Assembly (NCBI GenBank): GCA_965219575.1
Contig: OZ244779.1
Location: 940,769 to 1,004,768 of the forward strand
Source: Candidatus Oxydemutatoraceae bacterium
Lineage (GTDB): Bacteria > Pseudomonadota > Gammaproteobacteria > Poriferisulfidales > Oxydemutatoraceae
Length of the DNA: 64,000 bases
Direction of reading: 5' to 3'
In this document: piece by piece, positions 22,586 to 35,917 of the stretch
Layout: every line of letters starts with the position of its first letter
How positions within the stretch are numbered: position 1 is the first letter of the stretch
Translations under genes and position numbers: made by a program
Notes under the pieces: generated by a model
Told to the model about the DNA's origin: nothing
What the model saw: the letters and a program-made list of their open reading frames with translations, nothing else
The model's database searches: none

Positions 22586-23375
22586 GCGTTTTGGTTGCCT
22601 TTTATTCACCGTTTGGGTTTCGGCAAGTAGCCTAGTCTATGCCGACTTTGTTATTTCTATGCAGGAGATACCCGAGTGGGCACCGGGACGTGCTTTGGAA
22701 ATTCGCCATATCACCATTGACGGCAAGGGGACGGGGGAAGTGGTGGTGGTGAACGAAGACATGGAGCAATCCGAGGTGTTGCAGGTGGCACTATTTGAAT
22801 ACGATAGCGATAATTTTGCACATTGGGCGCACGAATATAAGCGATACAAAGATTTTTACGGAGACGACGAGAACAGCGGCGGTCGCCTCATAGAAGGTAA
22901 CCCCGAAACCGTAGCACTTTCTTTTTTTGACGACGGACGGTTGATGAAATCGATAGTATTAAGGGATGCGTTTGCATATAGCGATAACTCCGACGAGCGA
23001 TTTCACCTGCCCGAGGCTCTAATCGCACTGAGAGATGGATTGCTGGCTCACGCCGAGCGAGCAAAATCTCAACCTGCGGCAAGTTATTATGCGACCGTTA
23101 TTCCCTACAGCGAGAATCAAAAATACTGGTTATTAAGGTCTACGAAATTGGAGTCTATACCGATACTTATAGATAAGGTCGATGAGAGAGATAAAATGTT
23201 TTTGAATGAGCTTGTCGGAAGCGCACCCGCTTTTTTGCCTTTAGCAGAGAAACGCTTCTTAAGGCTTAAGAGTGATCTCAGATTTTCCGATAATCGGTTT
23301 AGGGGAGTTTTCAGAATATCGGGAGGATCCGATGCGATCGTTGAGATTAGATTTGTAAAATCCGAGGCACCGTAA
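22575..23375 (+). CDS. Hypothetical exported protein, overlapping the upstream protease gene
   Basis: ATG 22575 overlaps the end of the upstream CDS; signal-peptide-like N-terminus ending VYA. Confidence 0.65.
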   Translation: MLVRRFGCLLFTVWVSASSLVYADFVISMQEIPEWAPGRALEIRHITIDGKGTGEVVVVNEDMEQSEVLQVALFEYDSDNFAHWAHEYKRYKDFYGDDENSGGRLIEGNPETVALSFFDDGRLMKSIVLRDAFAYSDNSDERFHLPEALIALRDGLLAHAERAKSQPAASYYATVIPYSENQKYWLLRSTKLESIPILIDKVDERDKMFLNELVGSAPAFLPLAEKRFLRLKSDLRFSDNRFRGVFRISGGSDAIVEIRFVKSEAP

Positions 23376-23497
23376 AACCGGCTGTGCATCCCGATATTTC
23401 CCTCAATCGGCGTAACCGTCGTACAGAACCACGATGTGAACTGCAAACTCAATCGGCGGTTTTATCGGTATAATAGCAACTTTATAATTAAGACAGC

Positions 23498-24067
23498 ATG
23501 GCAACTTACAGCACGAATGAATTCAAGAGTGGATTAAAAATTCTACTCAACGGAGAACCGCACACCATTGTAGAAAATGAATTTGTCAAACCCGGTAAAG
23601 GGCAGGCATTCAACCGTACCAAGCTCAAAAATTTGATTTCCGGCAAACTGATAGACAAAACTTTCAAATCGGGCGAGAGTGTGGAGGCAGCCGATGTAGT
23701 CGATCTAAAAATGAATTATTTATACAACGACGGGCAGCAGTGGCATTTCATGGATAACGATAGTTATGAACAATACGCCGCTCCGCACAGCACGGTTGAA
23801 TACGCAAAACAATGGATTAAAGAACAAGATCTATGCGAGGTAACCTTGTACAACAAACAGCCCATTTTGGTGGTGCCGCCCAATTTTGTCGAACTCAAAG
23901 TAATAGAAACCGAACCGGGCATTCGCGGCGACACGGTCAGCGGTGCGACCAAGCAGGCGACATTGGAAACTCGGGCGGTAATCAAAGTCCCTTTGTTCGT
24001 GGGCGAGGGCGATATTTTGAAAATAGATACCCGAAGCGGAGAATACATGGGTCGCATAAAAGACTGA
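23498..24067 (+). CDS. efp: Elongation factor P
   Basis: VKPGKGQAF with conserved Lys; typical length. Confidence 0.98.
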   Translation: MATYSTNEFKSGLKILLNGEPHTIVENEFVKPGKGQAFNRTKLKNLISGKLIDKTFKSGESVEAADVVDLKMNYLYNDGQQWHFMDNDSYEQYAAPHSTVEYAKQWIKEQDLCEVTLYNKQPILVVPPNFVELKVIETEPGIRGDTVSGATKQATLETRAVIKVPLFVGEGDILKIDTRSGEYMGRIKD

Positions 24068-24131
24068 GACACAATGGGCAGACCTTTCTCGTAGCACCGA
24101 TCCTTTTGATCTTTTCTCAAGACCGAATCAG

Positions 24132-25046
24132 GTGACACCCGAACAACGACTGCGTCTACATAGCCGATTGTTGGCTACCACACATGCTTTTTTTCGGGCG
24201 CGTGATATACAAGAAGTTATTACGCCGTGTATTGTTTCGCAAGCGCATAGCGAATACGGCATAGAGAGTTTTAGTATAGATCCGATGCAACGCAATCTCA
24301 GAAACTCGCCCGAATATGAAATGAAACGATTATTGATGACGGCACGAACCGATATCTATCAAATTGCATCGGTATTCAGAAAAGGCGAATACGGAAAAAA
24401 GCACCGACCCGAGTTCGTAATGCTCGAATGGTATCGTCTAGGTTGGGATTATCGTCGCTTGATGGACGAATGTTTGGAATATCTACGGACTGTGATGGCG
24501 GACTCCGATATAAAGGTACGCACCCTTTGCTACCGACGACTTTTTGAGGATATTTTTGACCGCAACCCGTTTGATTGCAAAACCGAAGCCTTAACCACGC
24601 TGGTGTGCGATTTGGGTTATCAAAGTTCATCTCCGACCCGCGCCGAATGTCTTGATTTTTTATTTGAGGTTGCAAGCCACCGATATAGTGCTGCCGAGCA
24701 TCCGAACACATTGGTCGCTATTTACGACTTTCCGATTGAGCAAGCGTCTTTTGCTCGTATCTCGGCGCAGGGTGTTGCCGAACGCTTTGAGATATTCTTA
24801 AACGGTATAGAATTAGCTAACGGCTACGGTGAATTAACCCGAACCGAAGAGTATTATGAACGCATACATTTGCACAACCGAATACGACAGACACAGTTGT
24901 CAACGCCGCTTTCTATGGACGAGGATTTTATGCAAACCTTAAAACAATACGGATTAGCCGATTGTGCCGGTGTTTCCATAGGCATAGAGCGTTTATCGAT
25001 GTGCAAAGCGCGTACCGAGGACATCGCACAAGTTCGTTTGTTGTAA
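24132..25046 (+). CDS. epmA: EF-P lysine aminoacylase
   Basis: SPEYEMKRLL, H.PEF.MLEWYR, AERFE..ELANGYGEL, GVSIGIERL. Confidence 0.93.
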   Translation: MTPEQRLRLHSRLLATTHAFFRARDIQEVITPCIVSQAHSEYGIESFSIDPMQRNLRNSPEYEMKRLLMTARTDIYQIASVFRKGEYGKKHRPEFVMLEWYRLGWDYRRLMDECLEYLRTVMADSDIKVRTLCYRRLFEDIFDRNPFDCKTEALTTLVCDLGYQSSSPTRAECLDFLFEVASHRYSAAEHPNTLVAIYDFPIEQASFARISAQGVAERFEIFLNGIELANGYGELTRTEEYYERIHLHNRIRQTQLSTPLSMDEDFMQTLKQYGLADCAGVSIGIERLSMCKARTEDIAQVRLL

Positions 25047-25057
25047 GATATGTAATT

Positions 25058-25951
25058 ATGAAAGCGTTTCCTACCATTGCCGATTTTATAGGGAAGACTC
25101 CCCTAGTCCGCCTGCAGCGTATGGCGGAAGGTAGCGGCAGTCAATTGCTGGTCAAGCTGGAGGGCAATAATCCGGCGGGTTCGGTTAAGGATCGTCCGGC
25201 GTTCAATATGATTGCCGAAGCTGCTAAGCGTTGCGAAATTAAAGCCGGCGACACTTTAATAGAAGCAACCAGCGGCAATACCGGCATTGCATTGGCGATG
25301 GCAGCTGCGATTCAAGGCTATCGCATGATCTTGATTATGCCCGAGAGCATGAGTATGGAAAGGCGCGCCAGCATGAAAGCATACGGTGCCGAGATTATTT
25401 TGGTTTCGGAAGCGGAGGGTATGGAAGGCGCACGCGATCTAGCCGACAAAATGGAAGCGGAGGGCAAAGGCAAAGTACTCAACCAATTTTCAAACCCCGA
25501 TAACGCTTTGGCGCATTATCGCACCACCGGACCCGAGATATGGGATGCCTGCGACGGTCAACTAACACATTTCGTCAGTTCCATGGGTACCACAGGCACT
25601 ATCATGGGTGTGTCGCGTTTTCTAAAATCTAAAAATCCACAAATAGAGATCATCGGTGTGGAACCCACCGAGGGTTCTAAAATTCCCGGCATACGGGCGT
25701 GGCCGCCTGCGTACCAACCTAAGATATTCGATGCGCAATATGTAGACCGCACGCTGACGGTATCGCGAGCGGATGCCGAAGAGGTTATGCGCCGCCTTGC
25801 GAAAGAGGAAGGCTTATTCAGTGGTATATCGTCGGGTGGTTGCACGCATGCGGCGTTGCGTGTTGCCAACGAACAACCCGGTAGAACCGTCGTCTCGATT
25901 ATCTGCGATAGAGGTGACCGCTACATCTCTACCGGGGTTTACCCGAGTTAA
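25058..25951 (+). CDS. cysM: Cysteine synthase B
   Basis: KLEGNNPAGSVKDRPA, MGTTGT, IICDRGDRY; ATG at 25058. Confidence 0.95.
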   Translation: MKAFPTIADFIGKTPLVRLQRMAEGSGSQLLVKLEGNNPAGSVKDRPAFNMIAEAAKRCEIKAGDTLIEATSGNTGIALAMAAAIQGYRMILIMPESMSMERRASMKAYGAEIILVSEAEGMEGARDLADKMEAEGKGKVLNQFSNPDNALAHYRTTGPEIWDACDGQLTHFVSSMGTTGTIMGVSRFLKSKNPQIEIIGVEPTEGSKIPGIRAWPPAYQPKIFDAQYVDRTLTVSRADAEEVMRRLAKEEGLFSGISSGGCTHAALRVANEQPGRTVVSIICDRGDRYISTGVYPS

Positions 25952-25968
25952 ACTACCCTAAACTACCT

Positions 25969-26727
25969 ATGGATACACTGATATTCGATATCGAAACCAT
26001 ACCCGATGCCGATGCCGGGCGTCGTTTGTACGACTTTAAGGAACTCTCCGACGAAGATGTGGTACGTGCGCTGGAACAACTACAATATCAGAAAAACGGT
26101 TCTACTTTTATGCCGCATTATCTGCATAAAATTCTGGTTATCTCGTTGATACATATATCCGGGCACGATATTAAGATATGTTCGCTCAAAGGAGAGGAAA
26201 AAGAAATAGTACGGCAATTTTTCAAAGGATTGGAAAAATACCAACCGGAATTGGTGAGTTGGAACGGCAGGCGTTTTGATTTGCCGGTATTGCATTATCG
26301 TAGTCTGCTACATCGGGTAGTCTCACCGAGCTATTGGGAAGTGGGAGATAACAATAACAGCTTTCGCTACAACAATTATTTCAACCGCTACCACTGGCGG
26401 CATTTAGACTTAATGGATGTGCTGGCAGGCTACGATAGCTATGCGGCGGCACCGCTCGATAAAATTGCCAAGCTCATCGGCACGCCCGGCAAATCCGGGA
26501 TCGACGGCAGTCAAGTTTGGGATTTTTATAAACAAGGCAAACTTGAAGAGATCATAAATTATTGCGAGGCGGATGTGGTTAACACCTACCTCGTTTATTT
26601 ACGTTTTCAGTTGATACGCGGCAAGATCACACACGACGACCACGACGACCGCTTAAAACGACTATACCGAGTGTTGGAGCAACCCGAATACAAGCACCTG
26701 CACCAATTCACTGCCAACCCTGAGTAG
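25969..26727 (+). CDS. PolB-related DEDD 3'-5' exonuclease
   Basis: FDIETIPD, SWNG..FDLPVL, YCEADV. Confidence 0.9.
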   Translation: MDTLIFDIETIPDADAGRRLYDFKELSDEDVVRALEQLQYQKNGSTFMPHYLHKILVISLIHISGHDIKICSLKGEEKEIVRQFFKGLEKYQPELVSWNGRRFDLPVLHYRSLLHRVVSPSYWEVGDNNNSFRYNNYFNRYHWRHLDLMDVLAGYDSYAAAPLDKIAKLIGTPGKSGIDGSQVWDFYKQGKLEEIINYCEADVVNTYLVYLRFQLIRGKITHDDHDDRLKRLYRVLEQPEYKHLHQFTANPE

Positions 26728-26753
26728 AATGTTCGGTGACAGGGAATTAACTT

Positions 26754-27292
26754 GTACAGATACGCTGGGACTGTTGAAAAAGTATCCACGAACCGTAGGG
26801 GCGGACTAACATGTCCGCCCGTAACGTATCATGTTTGCACGATTAACGCGTTCACCCATTAGTATTATGGAAACCATTATTTGTTGGCGCAAGCGGTTGG
26901 TGTCGTGCAGAACGGTACTTAAGGGCAGACATCAGAGTTGCCGATTGACCTACCGGCTCAATCGGCGGCTTTATACTGCCCCTACGGCTTGGTGGTTATT
27001 ATAAATTGTTGGCGCAAGCGTTTACGGTTGCACGCTGACGGTATTTTTTCAACAGTCCTACGCTGCGACCACCCCGTAAGGCTGAATAGAACCGCCGATT
27101 ATCGCCGAGTGAACCCGCCACTTGAGCCAGTAGGTCAAGTGGCGTAACTCCGTACAAAATCTAAATATCGTGTCCATTAGGGATATTACATATATCAAAA
27201 TCAATCGGCGTGATTTTGTTCAGAACCTCAACATGACTGCTAAACGCATGCGTTGCAAAATGCATAGGCCACCCCTCCAGAGGAGGGGAATT
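26754..27292. mobile_element. Nested composite repeat R2; contains a ~291-bp MITE-like element (26768-27058) with 7-bp flanking duplication TACGCTG
   Basis: TACGCTG at 26761-26767 and 27059-27065 flank GGACTGTTGAAAAA…TTTTTCAACAGTCC. Confidence 0.8.
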
Positions 27293-27430
27293 AGCCTGAG
27301 CAGAATCTTAATATGTATTACAAAATGTAAGGCTTTTCTTTGGGGTTGGTTGTAAATATTTATAGTATCGCTAGCTTATTTTTATGACTACGGTTAAGAC
27401 TGTTTGTCTTTTTCATTTAATATGCTTCTA

Positions 27431-27655
27431 TCATAAAAACTTTATCATCATACCGACTGCCGATACGATAAAGGCAACGTTGATTGCTAGTAATAGACCT
27501 ACCATCCACTTTATCGCGCCCACATCTGCTTCCACCTTTGTTATACGACCCTCTAGCCATCTAAGATCACCGTGTCCCTTTACAGCTTCCCCTGCTTCCT
27601 TGTCGGTAGTGTCGGGGATCCGTTTCAATATGTTATACAAGGTTATGTCAGACAT
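27431..27655 (-). CDS. Small coiled-coil protein with C-terminal TM helix (DUF1640/CCDC90-like)
   Basis: AGGAG upstream of ATG; …KVEADVGAIKWMVGLLLAINVAFIV. Confidence 0.65.
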   Translation of the reverse strand: MSDITLYNILKRIPDTTDKEAGEAVKGHGDLRWLEGRITKVEADVGAIKWMVGLLLAINVAFIVSAVGMMIKFL

Positions 27656-27861
27656 CTGTTATGCTCCTTTATTGATTCAAATAGTATTATTTCACAATAG
27701 CATAAAACTATCAGGATTATTATGCTTAATAAACGGTGTCGACCTCAATCATCTCTGTAGGCGGTTATCATGAATTAAATGGCGCATGGCGGATATTACA
27801 TTTTGTAATGCATGCGTTATCCGATACGGTAAATGGCGGTATTGATTCAACAGCCCCGTTT

Positions 27862-28998
27862 CTACGGCTTGGGAGTTAATAGTTTTTTCAGAATAGCTAG
27901 ATAAATATCCGATAGTCTTTGCAGATCGTCGACGGGGATACGCTCATCGACCGCGTGTATGGTTTTATTGATATGTCCGAGTTCTATCACTTGGGTGCCG
28001 TTGCCGGCAATGAAGCGCGCATCCGAAGTCCCGCCTGCCGTTGAAAGTTCGGGTATTAGTCCGACAATCTCTTGTGTCGCTTCGCAGGTGACGGTCGTCA
28101 ATTCGCCTGCCGGGGTTAAAAAAGGTTGCCCCGAGAGATACCAGTCTATTTCGTAATTCAAATTTTCTTCTTCGAGCATTTGCAAAATAGTTTTTTGTAG
28201 CTGCGCGTCGTTACATTCGGTGGAAAACCGTAAGTTGAATTCTATCTCTAGCCGAGCAGGTATCACATTGTCGGCTCCGCTACCGGCGTGTATATTTGAA
28301 ATCTGAAAAGTCGTAGGCGGGAAGTATTTATTGCCCTGATCCCATTGATGTTCGCATAGTCGGGAAAGCAAAGGGGATGCTAAATGAATGGGGTTTTTTG
28401 CGTGTTGAGGATAAGCAACATGACCCTGCTTGCCTATCACGCTCAGCTTGGCGGATAATGAGCCTCTTCTGCCGTTCTTAATCGTATCGCCTAGTTGCGT
28501 AGAAGCCGAAGGTTCGCCGGCTACACACCAATGAATGTTGACACCGCGTTTGCGCAAGGTTTCTATCGCATAAGCGGTACCGCTGCGCGTATAACCTTCC
28601 TCGTTGCTGGTGAGTAATATTGCGATAGAGCCTTGATGCTCGGGCTGCTGTTCCGCAAAAGCCTCGCACGCAGTAACCATTGCGGCGATGCCGCCTTTCA
28701 TGTCTGCAGCGCCACGTCCGTATAGCAGATTATCCTCTACATGCGCGGAGAAGGGGGGGTGACTCCATGCGTTCTCGTCGCCGACCGGAACGACATCGGT
28801 ATGACCGGCAAAAACAAATAGCGGTTCCTCGGTGCCGCGTCTGAGCCACGCATTACACACATCGTCTTTGTCGAGTGTTTCGCAAACAAAACCTTTACTT
28901 GCCAATCGTTCGGCAATCAAAGATTGGCAACCGTCGTCATTCGGTGTGATAGAACGACGTTTGATTAAGTCTACGGCAAGGTTGAGCGTTCGGTCCAT
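27862..28998 (-). CDS. dapE: Succinyl-diaminopimelate desuccinylase
   Basis: FAGHTDVVP, GRGAADMKG, NGRRGSL, QGHVAYP, GGTSDARF. Confidence 0.96.
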   Translation of the reverse strand: MDRTLNLAVDLIKRRSITPNDDGCQSLIAERLASKGFVCETLDKDDVCNAWLRRGTEEPLFVFAGHTDVVPVGDENAWSHPPFSAHVEDNLLYGRGAADMKGGIAAMVTACEAFAEQQPEHQGSIAILLTSNEEGYTRSGTAYAIETLRKRGVNIHWCVAGEPSASTQLGDTIKNGRRGSLSAKLSVIGKQGHVAYPQHAKNPIHLASPLLSRLCEHQWDQGNKYFPPTTFQISNIHAGSGADNVIPARLEIEFNLRFSTECNDAQLQKTILQMLEEENLNYEIDWYLSGQPFLTPAGELTTVTCEATQEIVGLIPELSTAGGTSDARFIAGNGTQVIELGHINKTIHAVDERIPVDDLQRLSDIYLAILKKLLTPKP

Positions 28999-29007
28999 CG
29001 ATCAGAC

Positions 29008-29832
29008 TCAATCTATGTCTCTTAGTAGTTCGTTTAATCCGACTTTGCTACGGGTCTTTTCGTCAACCTGTTTAACGATGACCGCGCAATACAGGCTATG
29101 GCTATTATCCGCTGCCGGCAGATTGCCGGAGACTACCACCGACCCTGCCGGAATACGCCCATAGCTGATTTCTTTGCTGCGGCGGTCGTAGATACGGGTG
29201 CTTTGACCGATATAAACGCCCATTGAAATAACCGAATTTTCCTCTACGATAACGCCTTCTACGATTTCGGAGCGCGCCCCGATAAAGCAGTTGTCTTCTA
29301 TGATTGTCGGCATTGCCTGAGCGGGTTCCAACACACCGCCGATGCCGACCCCACCCGACAGATGCACATGCTTGCCGATCTGCGCACAAGAGCCTACGGT
29401 TGCCCAAGTGTCAACCATCGTGCCTTGATCTACATAAGCACCGATGTTTATATAACACGGCATCATAATAACCCCGGGTGCTTGATACGAACCATAGCGC
29501 GCAGTTGCTGCCGGTACGATACGCACTCCGGATTTTTTAAGTGCCTCTTCATTGCAGTTGCGATATTTCACACCGACTTTGTCATAGAAGCGGGTGTAGC
29601 CGGCATCGATGAGCCGATTGTCGTTCAGCCTAAACGACAACAGCACCGCTTTTTTCAGCCATTGTTCCACATGCCATTGACCGTCGAGTTTGTGGGCAAC
29701 ACGCAGACTGCCGTTGTTCAGACCTGCCAAGCATTTTGCCACGGCATCTTTGAGTTCACTACTCGCATTTTCGGGTTTTAGCGTGTCGCGCTGCGCAAAC
29801 GACTGCTCTATGATGTTTTTGATTTCTTCCAT
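29008..29832 (-). CDS. dapD: Tetrahydrodipicolinate N-succinyltransferase
   Basis: [29 protein letters not shown]. Confidence 0.97.
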   Translation of the reverse strand: MEEIKNIIEQSFAQRDTLKPENASSELKDAVAKCLAGLNNGSLRVAHKLDGQWHVEQWLKKAVLLSFRLNDNRLIDAGYTRFYDKVGVKYRNCNEEALKKSGVRIVPAATARYGSYQAPGVIMMPCYINIGAYVDQGTMVDTWATVGSCAQIGKHVHLSGGVGIGGVLEPAQAMPTIIEDNCFIGARSEIVEGVIVEENSVISMGVYIGQSTRIYDRRSKEISYGRIPAGSVVVSGNLPAADNSHSLYCAVIVKQVDEKTRSKVGLNELLRDID

Positions 29833-29879
29833 AGTCGTAATCCTTGAATAGTAATTTTAATTTAGGGTTACATAGTCTA

Positions 29880-30647
29880 TCAGGGTGTCTCGTCGGAGCG
29901 TAGGGTTAAAATTTCATGCCCGTTTTCGGTGACCAGAATCGTATGCTCCCATTGCGCAGACAAGCTATGATCTTTGGTGACGACAGTCCATTGGTCCGTT
30001 AATAGACGGGTTTCTTTTTTGCCGGCATTGATCATCGGTTCTATCGTAAAAGTCATGCCGGGTTTAAGCTCTATGCCGGTACCGGGTTTGCCGTAGTGCA
30101 ACACCTGCGGCTCTTCGTGAAACTCGGTGCCGATGCCGTGCCCGCAGTAATCCTCTACAACGCTATAGCGGTGTTGTTCTACGAATTTTTGTATGCTATG
30201 TCCCAGATCGCCCAGACGTTTTCCGGGTTTGACTTCGGCAATCCCGATACGCAAAGCCTCGTAACATTTTTCGCTCAAACGGCGTGCCAACACGCTCGGT
30301 TTGCCGACCATAAACATTCGGCTCGTGTCGCCGTGATAGCCGTCCTTGATTACGGTTACGTCAATATTCAAAATATCGCCGTTTTTCAATTTGCGTTCAT
30401 CCGGGATACCGTGGCAAACTTGATGATTTATGGAAGTGCAGATAGATTTAGGAAAACCTTTATAGTTCAGAGGTGCCGGAATACACCCTAGATCTTCGGT
30501 GATATAGCGATGACATATCCGATTGAGTTCGTCGGTAGTGACTCCCGGTTCAACCGACGGAGTAATCATTTCCAACACCTGCGACGCAGCCTGTCCGGCA
30601 GACCGCATTTTTTCAATTTCGTCGTCTGTTTTGATTGTAATTGGCAT
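29880..30647 (-). CDS. map: Methionine aminopeptidase type I
   Basis: CHGIP, GHGIG..FHEEP, FTIEPM, SAQWEHT. Confidence 0.97.
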   Translation of the reverse strand: MPITIKTDDEIEKMRSAGQAASQVLEMITPSVEPGVTTDELNRICHRYITEDLGCIPAPLNYKGFPKSICTSINHQVCHGIPDERKLKNGDILNIDVTVIKDGYHGDTSRMFMVGKPSVLARRLSEKCYEALRIGIAEVKPGKRLGDLGHSIQKFVEQHRYSVVEDYCGHGIGTEFHEEPQVLHYGKPGTGIELKPGMTFTIEPMINAGKKETRLLTDQWTVVTKDHSLSAQWEHTILVTENGHEILTLRSDETP

Positions 30648-30760
30648 AACCGTTAAACATGAGAATTTTTGTAAATTATAACACCCATAGTGATTCCCTC
30701 TATGGATAGTTTTCTAACCGGTGTGACATTGTTTGTCATAATAGAGCAAGCGTAAACCGG

Positions 30761-30788
30761 TTGCATATAATTTATGTTTGTATATAAT
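30761..30788 (+). promoter_or_regulatory. Putative sigma70 stable-RNA promoter
   Basis: TTGCAT-16 bp-TATAAT ~150 nt upstream of tRNA-Ile. Confidence 0.6.
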
Positions 30789-30935
30789 AAGCCTCCTCGC
30801 ATAGATGATGGCTTCGGGTTTCGCCTCATATGCCGATAATGAGGGTTTAGACTTCGGTTGTTGCCGGCTACGGACTGAATGTAGCACGATGGTTATCCGT
30901 TAACAACTAACACGAATTGTGTCGATTTGTTCAAC

Positions 30936-31012
<77 letters not shown>

Positions 31013-31083
31013 AATTAGGAATGCGCGTTTGAGTGCGTTGGTTTGAAGCATTAAGTCGCTCGGGTTTGAAAGTGATGCGATGC

Positions 31084-31159
31084 GGGGCCGTAGCTCAGCT
31101 GGGAGAGCACCTGCTTTGCACGCAGGAGGTCAGGAGTTCGAGCCTCCTCGGCTCCACCA
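31084..31159 (+). tRNA. tRNA-Ala(TGC)
   Basis: Canonical cloverleaf, anticodon TGC, encoded CCA. Confidence 0.97.
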
Positions 31160-31396
31160 TTAAGCGAGTGCGAATAAAACTGTTTTTGCAATGATGCGGC
31201 AACAATTTTATTCACATTCTCGAGTGTGAAGGTTTTTTAACAATAGAATATTATAGTCAAGGATATACTAATGATGTATATTCATGTATATTGCTAATTA
31301 ATTATTAGTTTCAATTGTTAGTTCTTAAGATGATAATGGCAAACATTTCGATCTATAGCTTGTCGCTATACGACACGAGATTGTTTGAGGTTATAA

Positions 31397-34282
<2,886 letters not shown>

Positions 34283-34337
34283 ATAACGCTCAAACAATTT
34301 TGAGCTTAAAACACATAACAATTGAATCAATATACGA

Positions 34338-34780
34338 GAAGAACCGCCGTTTGTTGCAGTGGCACAAACGGCGTTACTTTGTACAAAAACTTAGCATGGA
34401 TGTGTAGGACGGACAAGCGAAGGCTTGGGGCTGTTGAAAAAGTCCCGTCCTGCAAGAACCCAACCGCTTGCGCCGTATGGTTTTGGTTTCCATAAATCGG
34501 GTGAATGAATGTATAAATCATGCCGATCAGCGCGTTACGGGCAGAACATAGCCGCCGATTGAGCCAGTAGGTCAATCGGCAATTTAATTTTAGTCCGCCC
34601 CTACATTGTATGAAACACTTTTTCAATAGCCCCAAGACGTAACCACCTTGTCAGGCTGAATAGAACCGCCGATTGAACCGGTAGGTCAATCGGCGTGACT
34701 TTGTTCAGAACCTCAACATGACTGCTAAACGCATGCATTGCAAAATGCATAGGTTGCCCCTCTGAAGGAGGGGAATGTAT
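34338..34780. repeat. Composite repeat cluster R3 immediately after 23S
   Basis: Same modules as R1/R2; 34650-34778 nearly identical to 27070-27292 minus the inner insert. Confidence 0.88.
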
Positions 34781-34800
34781 CGTCCCTACTGCCGATGATT

Positions 34801-35772
34801 CTATTTTTCTACAGCCTGATATTTTTTGTTATCATTGGTATGCACGACAAAAGGAGAGGTTGGCCATCGATGTTTAATCCTTGTTATCAGATGCATTGGA
34901 ATCACACCGACGGTGAGTCCGTTGCTGAACTTACCTTTGATAATCTGCGGACTTATGTAGATATAATTAAGCAACGAACGCAACCGGCATAGTTTCCCCG
35001 GACAGCGTAGTTGCAATAACTTCGCTTCAATGCGGTGTAGCAACAGTGGTGTAAATCTTTGTCCCCATGCCAAGACTCCCGGTAGTATCGGTATTTTCCG
35101 CCATTTCCCTTCAACTCTGCCTGCGCTACTCCACCAGATAGTTGGTTGGTGCATTTCCCAGCACGCCTCGGGATCTTGTAAAAGTATTTCGTTCATAGAT
35201 TTTTGATCTAGAGACCATTCAGCTTCTGCTACTTGTCGAAAATAGTCTTGGGTGCGAGCATTGGCACGGCAAAGAAAGAAGCCTGCACAGAGGGTGAAGT
35301 GATAACGAATAAAATGCGATTTTGGTCCGTGGGTGCCCTGAGATATAAGCAGATCAAACTCGTTATGCTGCGCTAGCCAAGGGCGAGGATCTTGCAACCA
35401 AAACGCATCGGCATCGCTATGGATAAAATCACGCCCCGACTTGGCAAGTTCATAGAACAAATTTTTGCGTAGTGAAAAAATTATTTGTGCTTTGGATTTT
35501 TCATTTAGGTTATTCAGGCTGTGAGGAGTCACATCCGGAAATAAATCGTATAGATAAACTGCGCAAGTACCATGTCCTATTTCGTTTAGCCAACCGATTA
35601 ATTCTTTGTCTAGGCAGATAATTCGCCAATGGTCGCAAGTTAACAGGGCATGGTCGATCCATTTACTTATAACATTTCGGTAGTTAAAAGTTCCGAACAC
35701 GATTGTCACGGGTGTTCCGTCAATCGGATCAAACGGCGAAAATAGATCTACAACCATAATTTTATTTTTCAT
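34801..35772 (-). CDS. Nucleotide-diphospho-sugar transferase (GT77-like), paralog 1
   Basis: IICLD, DxD motif HSDADAFWLQDP, LCAGFF, DQ..MN. Confidence 0.75.
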   Translation of the reverse strand: MKNKIMVVDLFSPFDPIDGTPVTIVFGTFNYRNVISKWIDHALLTCDHWRIICLDKELIGWLNEIGHGTCAVYLYDLFPDVTPHSLNNLNEKSKAQIIFSLRKNLFYELAKSGRDFIHSDADAFWLQDPRPWLAQHNEFDLLISQGTHGPKSHFIRYHFTLCAGFFLCRANARTQDYFRQVAEAEWSLDQKSMNEILLQDPEACWEMHQPTIWWSSAGRVEGKWRKIPILPGVLAWGQRFTPLLLHRIEAKLLQLRCPGKLCRLRSLLNYIYISPQIIKGKFSNGLTVGVIPMHLITRIKHRWPTSPFVVHTNDNKKYQAVEK

Positions 35773-35917
35773 CTATAATCCAAAACACAAATGCCGGGTT
35801 ATTCCTTTGAAACTCTTTAGTTAGAGAGGTCTAATTTGTTTTATATACCACGACATCTACACATCCTAAAATAACTATCATTCAAGTATTAGAACATAAC
35901 ACCGTAATCGGCATCTC

